Of a stretch of 64,000 nt of DNA, positions 17,412-27,794 are shown in pieces (position 1 is the first letter of the stretch; every line of letters begins with the position of its first letter). The translations under genes and the position numbers were made by a program. Source of the stretch: an uncultured Saprospirales bacterium (GTDB lineage: Bacteria > Bacteroidota > Bacteroidia > Chitinophagales > CAJXBJ01); contig CAJXBJ010000002.1 in NCBI GenBank assembly GCA_913050195.1, forward strand, positions 1,818-65,817. The letters are read 5' to 3'. Under the pieces are notes generated by a model. It had not been told where the DNA came from and searched no databases. It was given only the letters and a program-made list of their open reading frames with translations.

Positions 17412-18566
17412 TTAAATCTCGGTTTCAATGGTACTTTTTAATGCTTCTGGTGTCGTTTCAGATAAGGATAATTGAACATTCAATGACTTATCAATAATTA
17501 CCTTTTTCATTGAAAAATATGGAACATCATCGCGATAAGCTGTAGCCATTATTGTAGCTTCAATGCCTGTAGGTAACATCATTTTTTCATTATCACTTTC
17601 TGTAAATCCATAGGTGTTGTCATTTTTTTGATATCCTGATATATAGCTGTTTAGCTCAGGCAACAGCATGGATGTAAACACATAGTCAAAATCATGTTGG
17701 TTAGTAACATCCACAACCATATCAATTTCCTGAGCATTTGGATCATCAAAAAACTTATCAATATTGGTCCAACCTAATCTGCTTGAGCTAAATATATAAC
17801 TTGTATTAAAATCTCTTACGTATCCATTCCTACCCTTATTGGTAATAACATCAGGTATAAATAGCCCATTAACGCTCTCTCTCAAGGCAACCAAATTTTT
17901 CTCAATCTTAACAACCTCAACGTTATACCCTTGTATTATTGTTTTATCTCCAACCTCCCTTTCTGGCTGAAATAGATATGCATTCAATAAACTATCAGGA
18001 AGAGAGTCTATTTGGCAACTATAAGTAATGGTTATAAAAGAGCGTTCATAGTTTTGCAATTCTGAATTTAGCACTCTGTTGTAAGATTCGCTCCACACCA
18101 TGCTTCCATCGATAAATCTATATCCTTTGAATATTTCCATATCCTTATCAACAGCAACAGCGGGAAGAATAACACCTATTTCAGCATCACTTTTAACTTT
18201 TAGCCTTTTGCCGTTCACTTTTGCATCTAAAAACACCATACCTCCACTTTGAAGCATTTTATTTCTTGATGTAGTAGTCAAATTAGCAAGCACAAAATCA
18301 CTTGGCTTTATGGCTTCCTTTAACTCTATTTCAATATTTGATAAATCGAGAGTACTATCAGTAGAATAAAAGGAATTAGCATATATTTTAACGATGGTAC
18401 CTTGTTCACCAACTAAAGTCGTATCCTTTTCTGAATCTATAGTATAGATCTGACTTTGTAAATTATCCTCATTATAAACCTTTGATAAAACATCAGGCTT
18501 TAATTGAAAATTACAGGCATAGAAAAAACCCATGATTGTGCAAATAGCTAAGCATTGAAACTTCAT
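17412..18566 (-). CDS. Hypothetical lipoprotein
   Basis: Signal/lipobox 'MGFFYAC'. No recognisable domain. Confidence 0.55.
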   Translation of the reverse strand: MKFQCLAICTIMGFFYACNFQLKPDVLSKVYNEDNLQSQIYTIDSEKDTTLVGEQGTIVKIYANSFYSTDSTLDLSNIEIELKEAIKPSDFVLANLTTTSRNKMLQSGGMVFLDAKVNGKRLKVKSDAEIGVILPAVAVDKDMEIFKGYRFIDGSMVWSESYNRVLNSELQNYERSFITITYSCQIDSLPDSLLNAYLFQPEREVGDKTIIQGYNVEVVKIEKNLVALRESVNGLFIPDVITNKGRNGYVRDFNTSYIFSSSRLGWTNIDKFFDDPNAQEIDMVVDVTNQHDFDYVFTSMLLPELNSYISGYQKNDNTYGFTESDNEKMMLPTGIEATIMATAYRDDVPYFSMKKVIIDKSLNVQLSLSETTPEALKSTIETEI

Positions 18567-18787
18567 AAATAAAAATATTTAAATGATTAATTATCATAAA
18601 GTTAATATTTAAAACAAAAATAAATATAATATTATTAGCATATTTTATACTTCACAAATCTCTTATTATATACTATGGATATATATCCTTATAATATTTC
18701 ATTTTCTTAATAATCCTGCTTTTGTTTAGAATATTGAATTGTTTTGTATTTTAAACTCCCAATTAATTATCGCTTAAAAATGTTAAC

Positions 18788-21475
18788 ATGAAAAAAGTAC
18801 TGCTTGGAATAATTGCAATTATTTCCATTTCGTTCTTAGTATTAATTATAGGTGCTATGCTTTATGAAGATGATATTAAAGCACATATAAAAGTCAACTT
18901 AGACGATACTATAAATGCTGATGCTGAAATAGATGACATCTCTTTGTCTTTTATTTCAAGCTTTCCAAATGCGGAAATTAGTATTGTAGGAATTTCTCTT
19001 AAAAATCGAGCACCTTTTGAAGGCAACACTTTATGCTCGATTAAAGAGCTTCAGCTTAAAGCAGATATTATGGGCTTAATCAAAAGCCTCAGTGACAATA
19101 AACCCATTGGCATCAAGGCTCTAAAAATTATTGGACCAGAGATCAATGCTTTAGTCACAAAGGATGGTCAAGCAAGCTGGGATATTGTAAAATCAGATGA
19201 TTCAGAATTAGCTGAAGAAGAAAGCACAGAGGAAGGTTCGGAAATGAATTTAAAAATGGAACAGTTTGAAATTCAAAATGCTAATATTAAATACATTGAT
19301 GAGTCTAGTGGGCTAAGTAATATTTTGGAAGATTTCAATTTTTCTCTTTCTGGCAATCTTGGTACTAAACAAACAGACTTGGACCTTTCCATGGATATTG
19401 CTAAGACAAGCTTTAGCATGGATAAAATAAGCTACCTTAAGAATGCAGATATAAATTTTGAAGCGTCCATTAAAGCTGATTTAGAAAAGATGCTTTTCAC
19501 ATTGGAGCAAAATAATTTTCAGCTAAATACACTTACACTAAATCTTCAAGGCTTTATTGGATTAATAGAAGATGACATTAATATGGATATAACATGGTCC
19601 GCTCCATCAAATGAAATAAAACAAATGTTATACTTAGTACCTGAAGCTTTTCAGGCAGACTTACAAGGTGCTAAAAGTAGTGGAACACTAAATTGTAAAG
19701 GAAGTATTAAAGGCACGTACAATGAAACGACAATTCCTGACTTCATGCTTGTTCTTAAGCTAGATAATGGTCAATTACAATATCCTGACCTACCTAAAAA
19801 CATTGATAATATCAATATAGATTTGACTGTTAACTGCAATAACAATAGTCTGGACAATCTAAAAGTTGATTTAAAACAATTTGCACTTACGATTGGAGAA
19901 AATCCATTTTCAATGAGCTTTAAGCTAGACCATCCTATAAGTGACCCTCATTTTGATATTAATTTAAAAAATGAAATCAATCTAACATCTTTAAAAGAAT
20001 CCATACCCTTAGATTCGAAAAGTGGCTTATCTGGCAATATTAAATCAGACATTCATTTAGATGGCACACAAAGTGCTATTGATAGTGAAGACTATACAGC
20101 ACTAAACATTAATGGTGAACTTTTAATAGATGCATTCAAAATAAAGATGTCAGATTTTGATTACACAGTTGAAGTCCCTTCATTAGCAAGTAATTTCACA
20201 TCCAAGGCCATTAAACTTGAAAAATGCCAGATTAAGTTAGGCAAAACGGACCTAGATATGTTTGGTGAAATACAAAACTATTTATCTTATGCTACGCAGG
20301 AAAACACTAGTCTTGGTGGACAAATAAAGCTCAAATCCAAGCTAATTGACTGTGATCAGCTTTTAGGTGAGGATACGCTTACTGTTGAAGAGGAAGAGCC
20401 ATTAGAAGTCTATCCTTTACCTGAGGACATTAATTTAAAAATAGAAGTATCATTGAATAAAATAATTTTTGATGGTATTAACTATGATGTTATTCAAGGT
20501 AAGGCCGAATTAAAAGAAGGTGTGCTATACCTCAACCAAAGCAGCATGAAGCTATATGGGAGCCATCTAGCCATGAATGGAGAATATAACACACTTGATC
20601 CAAAGTCACCTTATAGCAAAGGTGATATTCAAATGACTTCTTTAGACTTAAATAAACTTCCAAAGCATTTCCCCAACATAGCCAAGAAGTATCCGGCGCT
20701 TAAACAATTGGGTGGTAGTTGTGACGTTTATATGAACTTAGAGTGTCGATTAGACAGTGGTTATATGCCCATCTTAAACAGTATTAGCAGCAAAGGAACT
20801 ATTGCATCAAAGGGCATGCAAATAGAGAATAGCAAATTAATGACTAACGCTCAAAAGCTTTTAAAAGTTCCGAATCAGAGTAATGCTATTAAGTTTAAAG
20901 ATCAAAATATAAAGTATACACTTCTTGATGGAACACTTTATTTAGAGCCAATAGACTTTGAGCTTGATGACATTAAGGGTAAAGTAAGTGGAAAACAGAC
21001 GTTAGATCAGAATATCGATTATGTCTCAGAGATGCTAGTTCCATTAAGTTATTTAGGAGGTAGCGCTGCTTCAATGCTTCAAGGACTTAATGCTTTAACA
21101 GCTAATAGCAGTGTTAATACTAATGTATCTGACCCTATGAAATTACGTGCATTAATCACCGGCACCATAGATGATCCAAAAATCAATTTAGATCTAAGCA
21201 GTGAAGGTAAAAGTCCAGGAGAAAGTGTAAAAGATAATTTAAAAAAGGAATTAGAGGCTAAGAAAAAAGAACTGGAAGCCAAAGCCAAGGCTGAGGCGGA
21301 TCGTTTGAAAGCGGAAGCTGAGCAGAAGAAGAAGGAACTTGAAAATAAAGCTAAAGCAGAAGCAGAAAAAAAGAAAAAAGCTGCAGAAGCTAAAGCTAAA
21401 TCAGAAGCAGAAAAAGCTAAGAAAAAAGCTAAGGATGAGGCAAAAAACAAACTAAAAGGTTTATTCGATAAGTAA
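18788..21475 (+). CDS. AsmA-family outer-membrane-biogenesis protein with a Lys/Ala/Glu-rich tail
   Basis: N-terminal TM anchor and a long repetitive beta-rich body typical of AsmA/TamB-like proteins. The low-complexity tail spans 21239-21472. Confidence 0.6.
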   Translation: MKKVLLGIIAIISISFLVLIIGAMLYEDDIKAHIKVNLDDTINADAEIDDISLSFISSFPNAEISIVGISLKNRAPFEGNTLCSIKELQLKADIMGLIKSLSDNKPIGIKALKIIGPEINALVTKDGQASWDIVKSDDSELAEEESTEEGSEMNLKMEQFEIQNANIKYIDESSGLSNILEDFNFSLSGNLGTKQTDLDLSMDIAKTSFSMDKISYLKNADINFEASIKADLEKMLFTLEQNNFQLNTLTLNLQGFIGLIEDDINMDITWSAPSNEIKQMLYLVPEAFQADLQGAKSSGTLNCKGSIKGTYNETTIPDFMLVLKLDNGQLQYPDLPKNIDNINIDLTVNCNNNSLDNLKVDLKQFALTIGENPFSMSFKLDHPISDPHFDINLKNEINLTSLKESIPLDSKSGLSGNIKSDIHLDGTQSAIDSEDYTALNINGELLIDAFKIKMSDFDYTVEVPSLASNFTSKAIKLEKCQIKLGKTDLDMFGEIQNYLSYATQENTSLGGQIKLKSKLIDCDQLLGEDTLTVEEEEPLEVYPLPEDINLKIEVSLNKIIFDGINYDVIQGKAELKEGVLYLNQSSMKLYGSHLAMNGEYNTLDPKSPYSKGDIQMTSLDLNKLPKHFPNIAKKYPALKQLGGSCDVYMNLECRLDSGYMPILNSISSKGTIASKGMQIENSKLMTNAQKLLKVPNQSNAIKFKDQNIKYTLLDGTLYLEPIDFELDDIKGKVSGKQTLDQNIDYVSEMLVPLSYLGGSAASMLQGLNALTANSSVNTNVSDPMKLRALITGTIDDPKINLDLSSEGKSPGESVKDNLKKELEAKKKELEAKAKAEADRLKAEAEQKKKELENKAKAEAEKKKKAAEAKAKSEAEKAKKKAKDEAKNKLKGLFDK

Positions 21476-21542
21476 ATCATTCAATCTCTTTTGCCTAATA
21501 TTCCTAAAAAATAGCTCAATTGCTAATATGATGGCATTTTCC

Positions 21543-21550
21543 TATATTTG
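21543..21550 (+). promoter_or_regulatory. Candidate -7 box TAnnTTTG upstream of the dihydropyrimidinase gene
   Basis: TATATTTG lies 36 nt upstream of the ATG at 21586. Confidence 0.35.
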
Positions 21551-21585
21551 TTTACCTAACAATCAAGTATAATCAATAATTTCAA

Positions 21586-22968
21586 ATGTCAGTACTAATT
21601 AAAAATGGACGTATCGTTACTGCCAGTGACGACTACGTAGCAGATATCTATGTCGAAGGCGAATCTATCGCTAAGATTGGAAAAAATTTAAAAATAGAAG
21701 CCGAAACGATTATTGATGCTAGCGGGAAGTTAGTCTTTCCAGGAGGCATTGACCCTCATGTGCATTTAGACATGCCTTTTATGGGGACCTACTCTGCTGA
21801 TGATTATTACACTGGCACCAATGCCGCATTACATGGTGGCACTACCATGGTGATTGATTTTATACTTCAAACTCAAGGAAGGCCTTTATCCGAAGCTTTG
21901 GAAACATGGAAAAAGAAATCTCAAGGAAAAGCTGTTGGTGACTACTCATACCATATGGCAGTGACAGACTTTAATGATGATACAAAGAAAGAAATACAGG
22001 GTCTTATTGAAGACGAAGGAATAGTATCGTTTAAAACATTTATGGCATATAAAGGAGCATTGATGATTGATGATCGTCAAATGGTGGGTTTAATGACTGA
22101 AGTCAAAAAGCACGGTGGAATTGTCACCGTACACGCCACAAATGGTGATATGATAGACCATTTAGTTGCTAAACATCGAGCTGAAGGCAAAATGGATCCG
22201 CTTTATCATTATTTGTCTCAACCAGAAGTTACTGAAGCTGAAGCATCAGGTAGATTTGCTGACATGGCGAATTACACTGGAGTCCCTGCCTATATAGTAC
22301 ATTTAACTTGTGAAGGGGCCTTGAACGCTGTTCGAAATAGAACGAAACGAAATCAAAGAGTGAATGTCGAGACATGTATTCAGTATTTGGTATTGAATGC
22401 TAGACTTTATGAAAAAGGTTTTGAATCTTCCAAATGGGTAATGAGTCCTCCATTGAGAGAACCAAAAGACCAAGAAACCTTATGGGCTGGCATTAATCAA
22501 GGGATGGTTCAAGTTGTTGCCACAGACCATTGCCCATTTACAATGGAACAAAAAGCCATGGGCAAAGATGACTTTTCTAAAATTCCAAATGGACATCCTG
22601 CAGTAGAGCATCGAGTAGAATTATTATTTTCTGAAGGTGTAAATAAAGGAAGAATAAGCCTCAATAAGTTTGTTGAGGTTAGCTCAACAAATGCAGCAAA
22701 AATATTTGGCATGTTTCCTAGAAAAGGCACGATTGGAATTGGTGCTGACGCGGATATTGTCATTTTTGACCCCAATGAAAAACATACTATTTCAGCAGAA
22801 ACCCATCATCATAATTGTGATTACTCTGGTTATGAAGGCTGGGAAGTTACTGGTAAAACAAAGACGGTTTTACTAAGAGGTAAAGTGGCTGTTGAAAATG
22901 GAGAGACTAAAGTTGAGAGAGGCTATGGTCAATTCATTAAAAGAAATAAAGTATCGATCAATATTTAG
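21586..22968 (+). CDS. Dihydropyrimidinase / D-hydantoinase
   Basis: 'GGIDPHVHLDMPFMG', the carbamylated-Lys block 'SFKTFMAYKG', and 'VVATDHCPF'. Confidence 0.9.
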   Translation: MSVLIKNGRIVTASDDYVADIYVEGESIAKIGKNLKIEAETIIDASGKLVFPGGIDPHVHLDMPFMGTYSADDYYTGTNAALHGGTTMVIDFILQTQGRPLSEALETWKKKSQGKAVGDYSYHMAVTDFNDDTKKEIQGLIEDEGIVSFKTFMAYKGALMIDDRQMVGLMTEVKKHGGIVTVHATNGDMIDHLVAKHRAEGKMDPLYHYLSQPEVTEAEASGRFADMANYTGVPAYIVHLTCEGALNAVRNRTKRNQRVNVETCIQYLVLNARLYEKGFESSKWVMSPPLREPKDQETLWAGINQGMVQVVATDHCPFTMEQKAMGKDDFSKIPNGHPAVEHRVELLFSEGVNKGRISLNKFVEVSSTNAAKIFGMFPRKGTIGIGADADIVIFDPNEKHTISAETHHHNCDYSGYEGWEVTGKTKTVLLRGKVAVENGETKVERGYGQFIKRNKVSINI

Positions 22969-22986
22969 AAAACTAAATTTATACAT

Positions 22987-23853
22987 ATGCCAAGAATAGT
23001 AAAATCAGGATTAATTCAATGCGGCCTTCCAATTAGTGAAGGTGAAGGCACCATTCAGGAAATTTGTCAGGCAATGCTTGATAAACATATTCCATTTATA
23101 GAAGAAGCAGGTAAAAAAGGAGTTCAAGTCCTTTGTTTACAAGAGATATTCAATACACCATATTTCTGCCCAGGTCAAGATAAAGCATGGTATGCATCAG
23201 CGGAAACTGTACCTGGGCCAACCACTGAAATCATGCAGCAATATGCAAAAAAGTATGATATGGTTATAGTGGTGCCTTTATATGAAAAAGAAAGTGCTGG
23301 CTTCCTTTATAATACGGCTGCGGTCATTGATGCAGATGGCACATATCTTGGCAAATACCGAAAGAATCATATTCCACACACATCAGGTTTCTGGGAAAAG
23401 TTTTTCTTTAGACCAGGCAATCTGGGCTATCCAGTATTTGAAACTAAATACGCTAAAGTTGGTGTTTATATTTGTTACGATCGACATTTTCCAGATGGTG
23501 CTCGTTGCTTAGGACTAAATGGCGCTGAAATTGTTTATAATCCTTCTGCAACAGTATCTGGCCTTTCTCAATACTTATGGAAACTTGAACAGCCTGCGCA
23601 TGCCGCTGCCAATGGTTATTTTATGGGTTGCATTAACAGAGTTGGAACGGAAGCACCATGGAATTTGGGCAAATTTTACGGAAACTCTTACCATGTTGAC
23701 CCAAGAGGACAAATTATTGATTGCGCTTCTGAGGATAATGATGAACTTTTAATCTCTGAATTTGATTTAGATATGATTGAAGAAGTAAGATCAACTTGGC
23801 AATTCTACAGAGATCGAAGACCTGAAACTTATGGTCCACTCGTAGAGCTTTAG
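22987..23853 (+). CDS. Beta-ureidopropionase (N-carbamoyl-beta-alanine amidohydrolase), nitrilase superfamily
   Basis: CN-hydrolase triad context: 'LCLQEIFNTPYFC', 'YRKNHIP' and 'VGVYICYDRHFP'. The gene sits in a pyrimidine-catabolism context. Confidence 0.7.
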   Translation: MPRIVKSGLIQCGLPISEGEGTIQEICQAMLDKHIPFIEEAGKKGVQVLCLQEIFNTPYFCPGQDKAWYASAETVPGPTTEIMQQYAKKYDMVIVVPLYEKESAGFLYNTAAVIDADGTYLGKYRKNHIPHTSGFWEKFFFRPGNLGYPVFETKYAKVGVYICYDRHFPDGARCLGLNGAEIVYNPSATVSGLSQYLWKLEQPAHAAANGYFMGCINRVGTEAPWNLGKFYGNSYHVDPRGQIIDCASEDNDELLISEFDLDMIEEVRSTWQFYRDRRPETYGPLVEL

Positions 23854-23880
23854 TCAAAAACAAAATATTTCATTATATTT

Positions 23881-23917
23881 AATAACGGGAAGCATGAACC
23901 TTCCCGTTATTTTTTTC
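23881..23917 (+). terminator. Rho-independent terminator
   Basis: AATAACGGGAAG (23881-23892) pairs with CTTCCCGTTATT (23900-23911) around a 7-nt loop, followed by a T-run. Confidence 0.7.
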
Positions 23918-23942
23918 GTTTAACCTATCTGAAAAATGCAAT

Positions 23943-25238
23943 ATGGCTGAGTATAATAGACCTCAAAGTGAAGCAGAGTTTAATGAAAACTTTAAGGACA
24001 AAACCCCCTTAATGAATGACACACAAGCCCACTACGAAAGCTCAAGATGTTTATTCTGTTATGATGCACCATGTATGAATGCTTGCCCTACAGCAATTGA
24101 CATCCCTCTATTTATAAAAAAAATAAATACTGGAAATATTGATGGCGCTGCACAAACAATTTACGATTCTAACTGGATTGGAAATGCATGTGGCACTGTA
24201 TGCCCTACAGGAGTACTTTGTGAAGGTGCCTGTGTATATAATAAGCAAAGTGTTCCTGCAGTACAAATAGGGAAACTTCAAAATTTTGCAACAAGACATG
24301 TAATTGACAACAACAAAAAGTTATTTGAAGCTGGTAAAGATAATGGTAAGAAAATAGCAATAATTGGCGGTGGACCAGCTGGCATCTCATGTGCCTGCGA
24401 ATTAAGAAAGATGGGATATACTGCTGACATATTTGAAGCTAAAGACAAGCCATCTGGATTAACAGTTTATGGAATTGCGCCATATAAAATCACAAATGAA
24501 GAAGTTCTTGATGAAGTAAAGTATTTGCAGGAGCAATTAGGATTTAACATAAAATATAATTCACCGATAAGCTCTAAAGATCAGCTTGAACAAATTGAAA
24601 AGGATTATGATGCTGTATTTATTGGTGTAGGATTAGGGCCAACTGCTTTTCGAAATATTCCTGGAGAAGACAAATCAGGTATTATTGGTGCAGTTGAATT
24701 TGTTGAAGACCTTAGAATGAATCACCATAAAACCAATGTCGGAAAAGAAGTTATTATTTTAGGTGGGGGAAATACTGCAATGGATGCTGCATCAGAATCA
24801 GCCCGTATGGGAGCAACTAAAGTAATATTGGCTTATAGAGGCTCTAAAGAAAAAATGGGCGCTTATGATTTTGAATATGAATTGGCAATTAGCTCTGGAA
24901 TAAAAAGTGTATTTGATGCCAATCCAAAAGAATTCTTAGGTGAAGATTCTGTTGAAGGTGTTAAATTTAGCCGAGCCGATGGCAGCGAATTTACTATAAA
25001 TTGTGATATGGTTATAAAAGCTACGGGCCAAGCAAAGATGGGATCATTTTTTAAGCTTATTGATAATATGGAAACGGATGAAAGCAGTAGAATAAAAGTC
25101 AATAAAAAGAATAATCAAACATCTAACCCTAAATATTTTGCAGGTGGAGATGCCATAAATGGCGGAGCAGAGGTTGTAAATGCTGCATATGATGGAAAAT
25201 TAGCAGCGCTCGGAATTCATAAATGGTTAAACGAATAA
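23943..25238 (+). CDS. preT: NAD-dependent dihydropyrimidine dehydrogenase subunit PreT (GltD-like)
   Basis: Fe-S cysteine clusters 'CLFCYDAPCMNACP' and 'CPTGVLCEGAC'. Dinucleotide folds 'IIGGGPAG' and 'ILGGGNTAMD'. Confidence 0.85.
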   Translation: MAEYNRPQSEAEFNENFKDKTPLMNDTQAHYESSRCLFCYDAPCMNACPTAIDIPLFIKKINTGNIDGAAQTIYDSNWIGNACGTVCPTGVLCEGACVYNKQSVPAVQIGKLQNFATRHVIDNNKKLFEAGKDNGKKIAIIGGGPAGISCACELRKMGYTADIFEAKDKPSGLTVYGIAPYKITNEEVLDEVKYLQEQLGFNIKYNSPISSKDQLEQIEKDYDAVFIGVGLGPTAFRNIPGEDKSGIIGAVEFVEDLRMNHHKTNVGKEVIILGGGNTAMDAASESARMGATKVILAYRGSKEKMGAYDFEYELAISSGIKSVFDANPKEFLGEDSVEGVKFSRADGSEFTINCDMVIKATGQAKMGSFFKLIDNMETDESSRIKVNKKNNQTSNPKYFAGGDAINGGAEVVNAAYDGKLAALGIHKWLNE

Positions 25239-25249
25239 ATTAAAATAAT

Positions 25250-26608
25250 ATGCCAGATTTATCAATAGACTTTGCAGGAATTAAATCACCAAATCCATTT
25301 TGGTTAGCTTCTGCACCTCCAACAAATTCAGGATACCAAGTAATGAAAGCATATGATGCTGGCTGGGGAGGTGCTGTTTGGAAAACATTAGGCATGCCAA
25401 CTATAAATGTTTCTAGCCGCTATGCTGCAACAAATTATAGAGATACTAGAATTTCTGGATTTTCAAACATTGAGTTAATTAGTGACAGACCTTTAGAGGA
25501 TAATTTGCGGGAAATGCGGGAAGTAACAAAACGCTTTCCTAATCACGCTACTATTGCATCTTTAATGGTAGATACTAGAGAACAGTGGATTGATATTATC
25601 AAAATGGTAGAAGATGCTGGCGCTAATGGCATAGAGCTTAATTTTGGCTGTCCACATGGAATGTGTGAAAGAGGTATGGGCTCTGCAGTTGGACAAGACC
25701 CAAAAGCTTTAAAAACAATTGTCGAATGGGTCATGGATGCTGCAAGTATTCCAGTAATAACTAAATTATCACCGAATATTTCTCATATTACTGATCCAGG
25801 CATTGCAGCAGTTGAAGCTAAAACAGATGCAATATCCTTAATCAATACGATAAAAAGCATAGTAGGTATAGATTTAGACAGTTATGCTCCATATCCTGTA
25901 GTTGATGGAAAAGGGACTAATGGTGGTTACTGTGGACCAGCAGTAAAACCAATTGCCATGCACATGCTTAAAGAGCTTAAAAAACATCCATTAATTAAGG
26001 ACACTCCAATTAGTGGCATTGGAGGCATAGAAAATTGGAGGGATGTAGTAGAATACATTCTGCTAGGGGCTACTTCAGTGCAAGTATGTACTGCAGCAAT
26101 GCACTATGGATTTGGAATAGTTAGAGGCATGGAAGATGGCCTTAAAAGATTCATGAGTGAAAAAGGATATAACACTATTTATGATTTTGCAGGTAAAGCC
26201 CTGCCTAATGTCATGGAATGGAAAGATCTTAATCTAAAATATGATGTAAAAGCTAATATCAATTCTGATAAATGCATTGGTTGTGACCTCTGCTATATAG
26301 CCTGCGATGATGGAGCACACCAAGCAATAGCTTTACCTACGGATGGATCAAGGATTCCAAGTATTATTGAAGAAAATTGTGTTGGATGTAATTTATGCTC
26401 TTTAGTGTGTCCTGTAGAGGAATGTATTACAATGGTTCAGAAAGATGATGGAACTAAGCATAATACTTGGCAACAACTAACAGATTCTGAAGAAATTCCA
26501 TGTACTTGGAATGATGATCGTGCTGGAGGTAAAGGACACTACGTTCCTGAGCCAATTAAAGCTTTAGAATCGGTTAGAAAAGATCGATCAGGTGCAAGAG
26601 CAAAATAA
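25250..26608 (+). CDS. preA: Dihydropyrimidine dehydrogenase subunit PreA (DHOD-like TIM barrel + 2x[4Fe-4S])
   Basis: 'ELNFGCPHGM' and 'ISGIGGI', with C-terminal 'CIGCDLCYIAC' and 'CVGCNLCSLVCP'. Confidence 0.9.
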   Translation: MPDLSIDFAGIKSPNPFWLASAPPTNSGYQVMKAYDAGWGGAVWKTLGMPTINVSSRYAATNYRDTRISGFSNIELISDRPLEDNLREMREVTKRFPNHATIASLMVDTREQWIDIIKMVEDAGANGIELNFGCPHGMCERGMGSAVGQDPKALKTIVEWVMDAASIPVITKLSPNISHITDPGIAAVEAKTDAISLINTIKSIVGIDLDSYAPYPVVDGKGTNGGYCGPAVKPIAMHMLKELKKHPLIKDTPISGIGGIENWRDVVEYILLGATSVQVCTAAMHYGFGIVRGMEDGLKRFMSEKGYNTIYDFAGKALPNVMEWKDLNLKYDVKANINSDKCIGCDLCYIACDDGAHQAIALPTDGSRIPSIIEENCVGCNLCSLVCPVEECITMVQKDDGTKHNTWQQLTDSEEIPCTWNDDRAGGKGHYVPEPIKALESVRKDRSGARAK

Positions 26609-27239
26609 TCTTAATTTAATTGATGCGCTTGAGTGGCGCTATGCCTGTAAGCAATTTGATTCTAGCAAAAAAGTTTCTTCAAAGGACATAGAGTATTTAA
26701 AACGGACAGTTCAATTAGCAGCTAGTTCTTATGGGCTTCAAGCTTATAGAATTCTTATTATTGAGGATCCAATTATTAAAAGAAAACTTGTAAAAGCCTC
26801 TTATAATCAAGGTCAAGTTGAGGAATGCTCTCACCTATTTGTTTTTTGCAACTTTGTTAATATATCCCCAAAAGACATAGATTATTTCATTGCATTAAAC
26901 TCAAACATAACAGGAAAGTCCATGAAGGCTTTAGAAGGCTTTCAAAACCATCTTAATGGAGCCATGAAATCTAAAAGCCAAGAGGCTATGAAATTATACA
27001 CCAACAAACAGTGCTATATTGCACTCGCTAATTTGTTAATAGCATGTGGAACTTTACAAATTGATGCTTGCCCAATGGAAGGTATAATTCCAGCATCTTA
27101 CAATGAAATATTAAACTTAGACAAACAAGGCTTAAATGCTTCTTTAGCTTGTCCTGTAGGCTATAGACACCCTGACGATAAATACCAGTATATTAAAAAA
27201 GTGCGAAAGCCAAAAGACAATCTTTTCAAACACATATAA
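26592..27239 (+). CDS. Nitroreductase-family flavoprotein
   Basis: 'LIDALEWRYACKQF', 'SSYGLQAYRILII' and 'IDACPMEG'. The GTG start overlaps the preA stop by 17 nt, and no in-frame ATG is nearby. Confidence 0.8.
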   Translation: MQEQNNLNLIDALEWRYACKQFDSSKKVSSKDIEYLKRTVQLAASSYGLQAYRILIIEDPIIKRKLVKASYNQGQVEECSHLFVFCNFVNISPKDIDYFIALNSNITGKSMKALEGFQNHLNGAMKSKSQEAMKLYTNKQCYIALANLLIACGTLQIDACPMEGIIPASYNEILNLDKQGLNASLACPVGYRHPDDKYQYIKKVRKPKDNLFKHI

Positions 27240-27350
27240 ACGATATCTAGCCAAGTCTTTTTATGAAATATTAAATCAGGTTAGTGTAATTACTTTATTC
27301 AACACATTGATTTTTTTCCATATATTTATAAGTAATAAGTTGAAGTTGTT

Positions 27351-27794
27351 TTGGCAAAAATAAATTTCATAGAACTAAAAGACCGAGAGTACCACGAAAA
27401 CTGCAGTTTAGAGGAAGTTGAAGCTATAAAAAACCGGGTTTCTCTAATTACCGAGGATATAATACATGTTCATGCACTAAAAAGGCCAACTGTTTTTAGT
27501 AGTAAAATAATAACTACTCAAATTGGCAAATATGTTAAAGGCGATAAGAAAAAACATGTATTGATAAATGTAAACTATACACAAAAGCCTAATCAAAAGA
27601 TTAGAACCATTATTAAAAACTCTTATCTGAAATTAAAGCCTCAATTGGTACATGTAACGGTGTACACTAATAACGATTATTTTGCTATGCATATTGTAAA
27701 ATTCATAGCTCTTTTTTCTGGTGTTAAACCTTTAAGCATATTTTCAACAAAAGAAAAAGCACTTACCCACATAAAATCATTACAAATAGCTTAA
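27351..27794 (+). CDS. Hypothetical protein (possibly STAS/SpoIIAA-like), TTG start
   Basis: A 147-aa ORF with no ATG near the 5' end. The fold guess is only weak. Confidence 0.4.
   Translation: MAKINFIELKDREYHENCSLEEVEAIKNRVSLITEDIIHVHALKRPTVFSSKIITTQIGKYVKGDKKKHVLINVNYTQKPNQKIRTIIKNSYLKLKPQLVHVTVYTNNDYFAMHIVKFIALFSGVKPLSIFSTKEKALTHIKSLQIA

Noticed and set aside
21079-21480. A 133-aa minus-strand ORF rich in Ala, Ser, Phe and Leu.
   Set aside because: It is antisense to the Lys/Ala/Glu tail of the AsmA-family gene. It is a low-complexity shadow.
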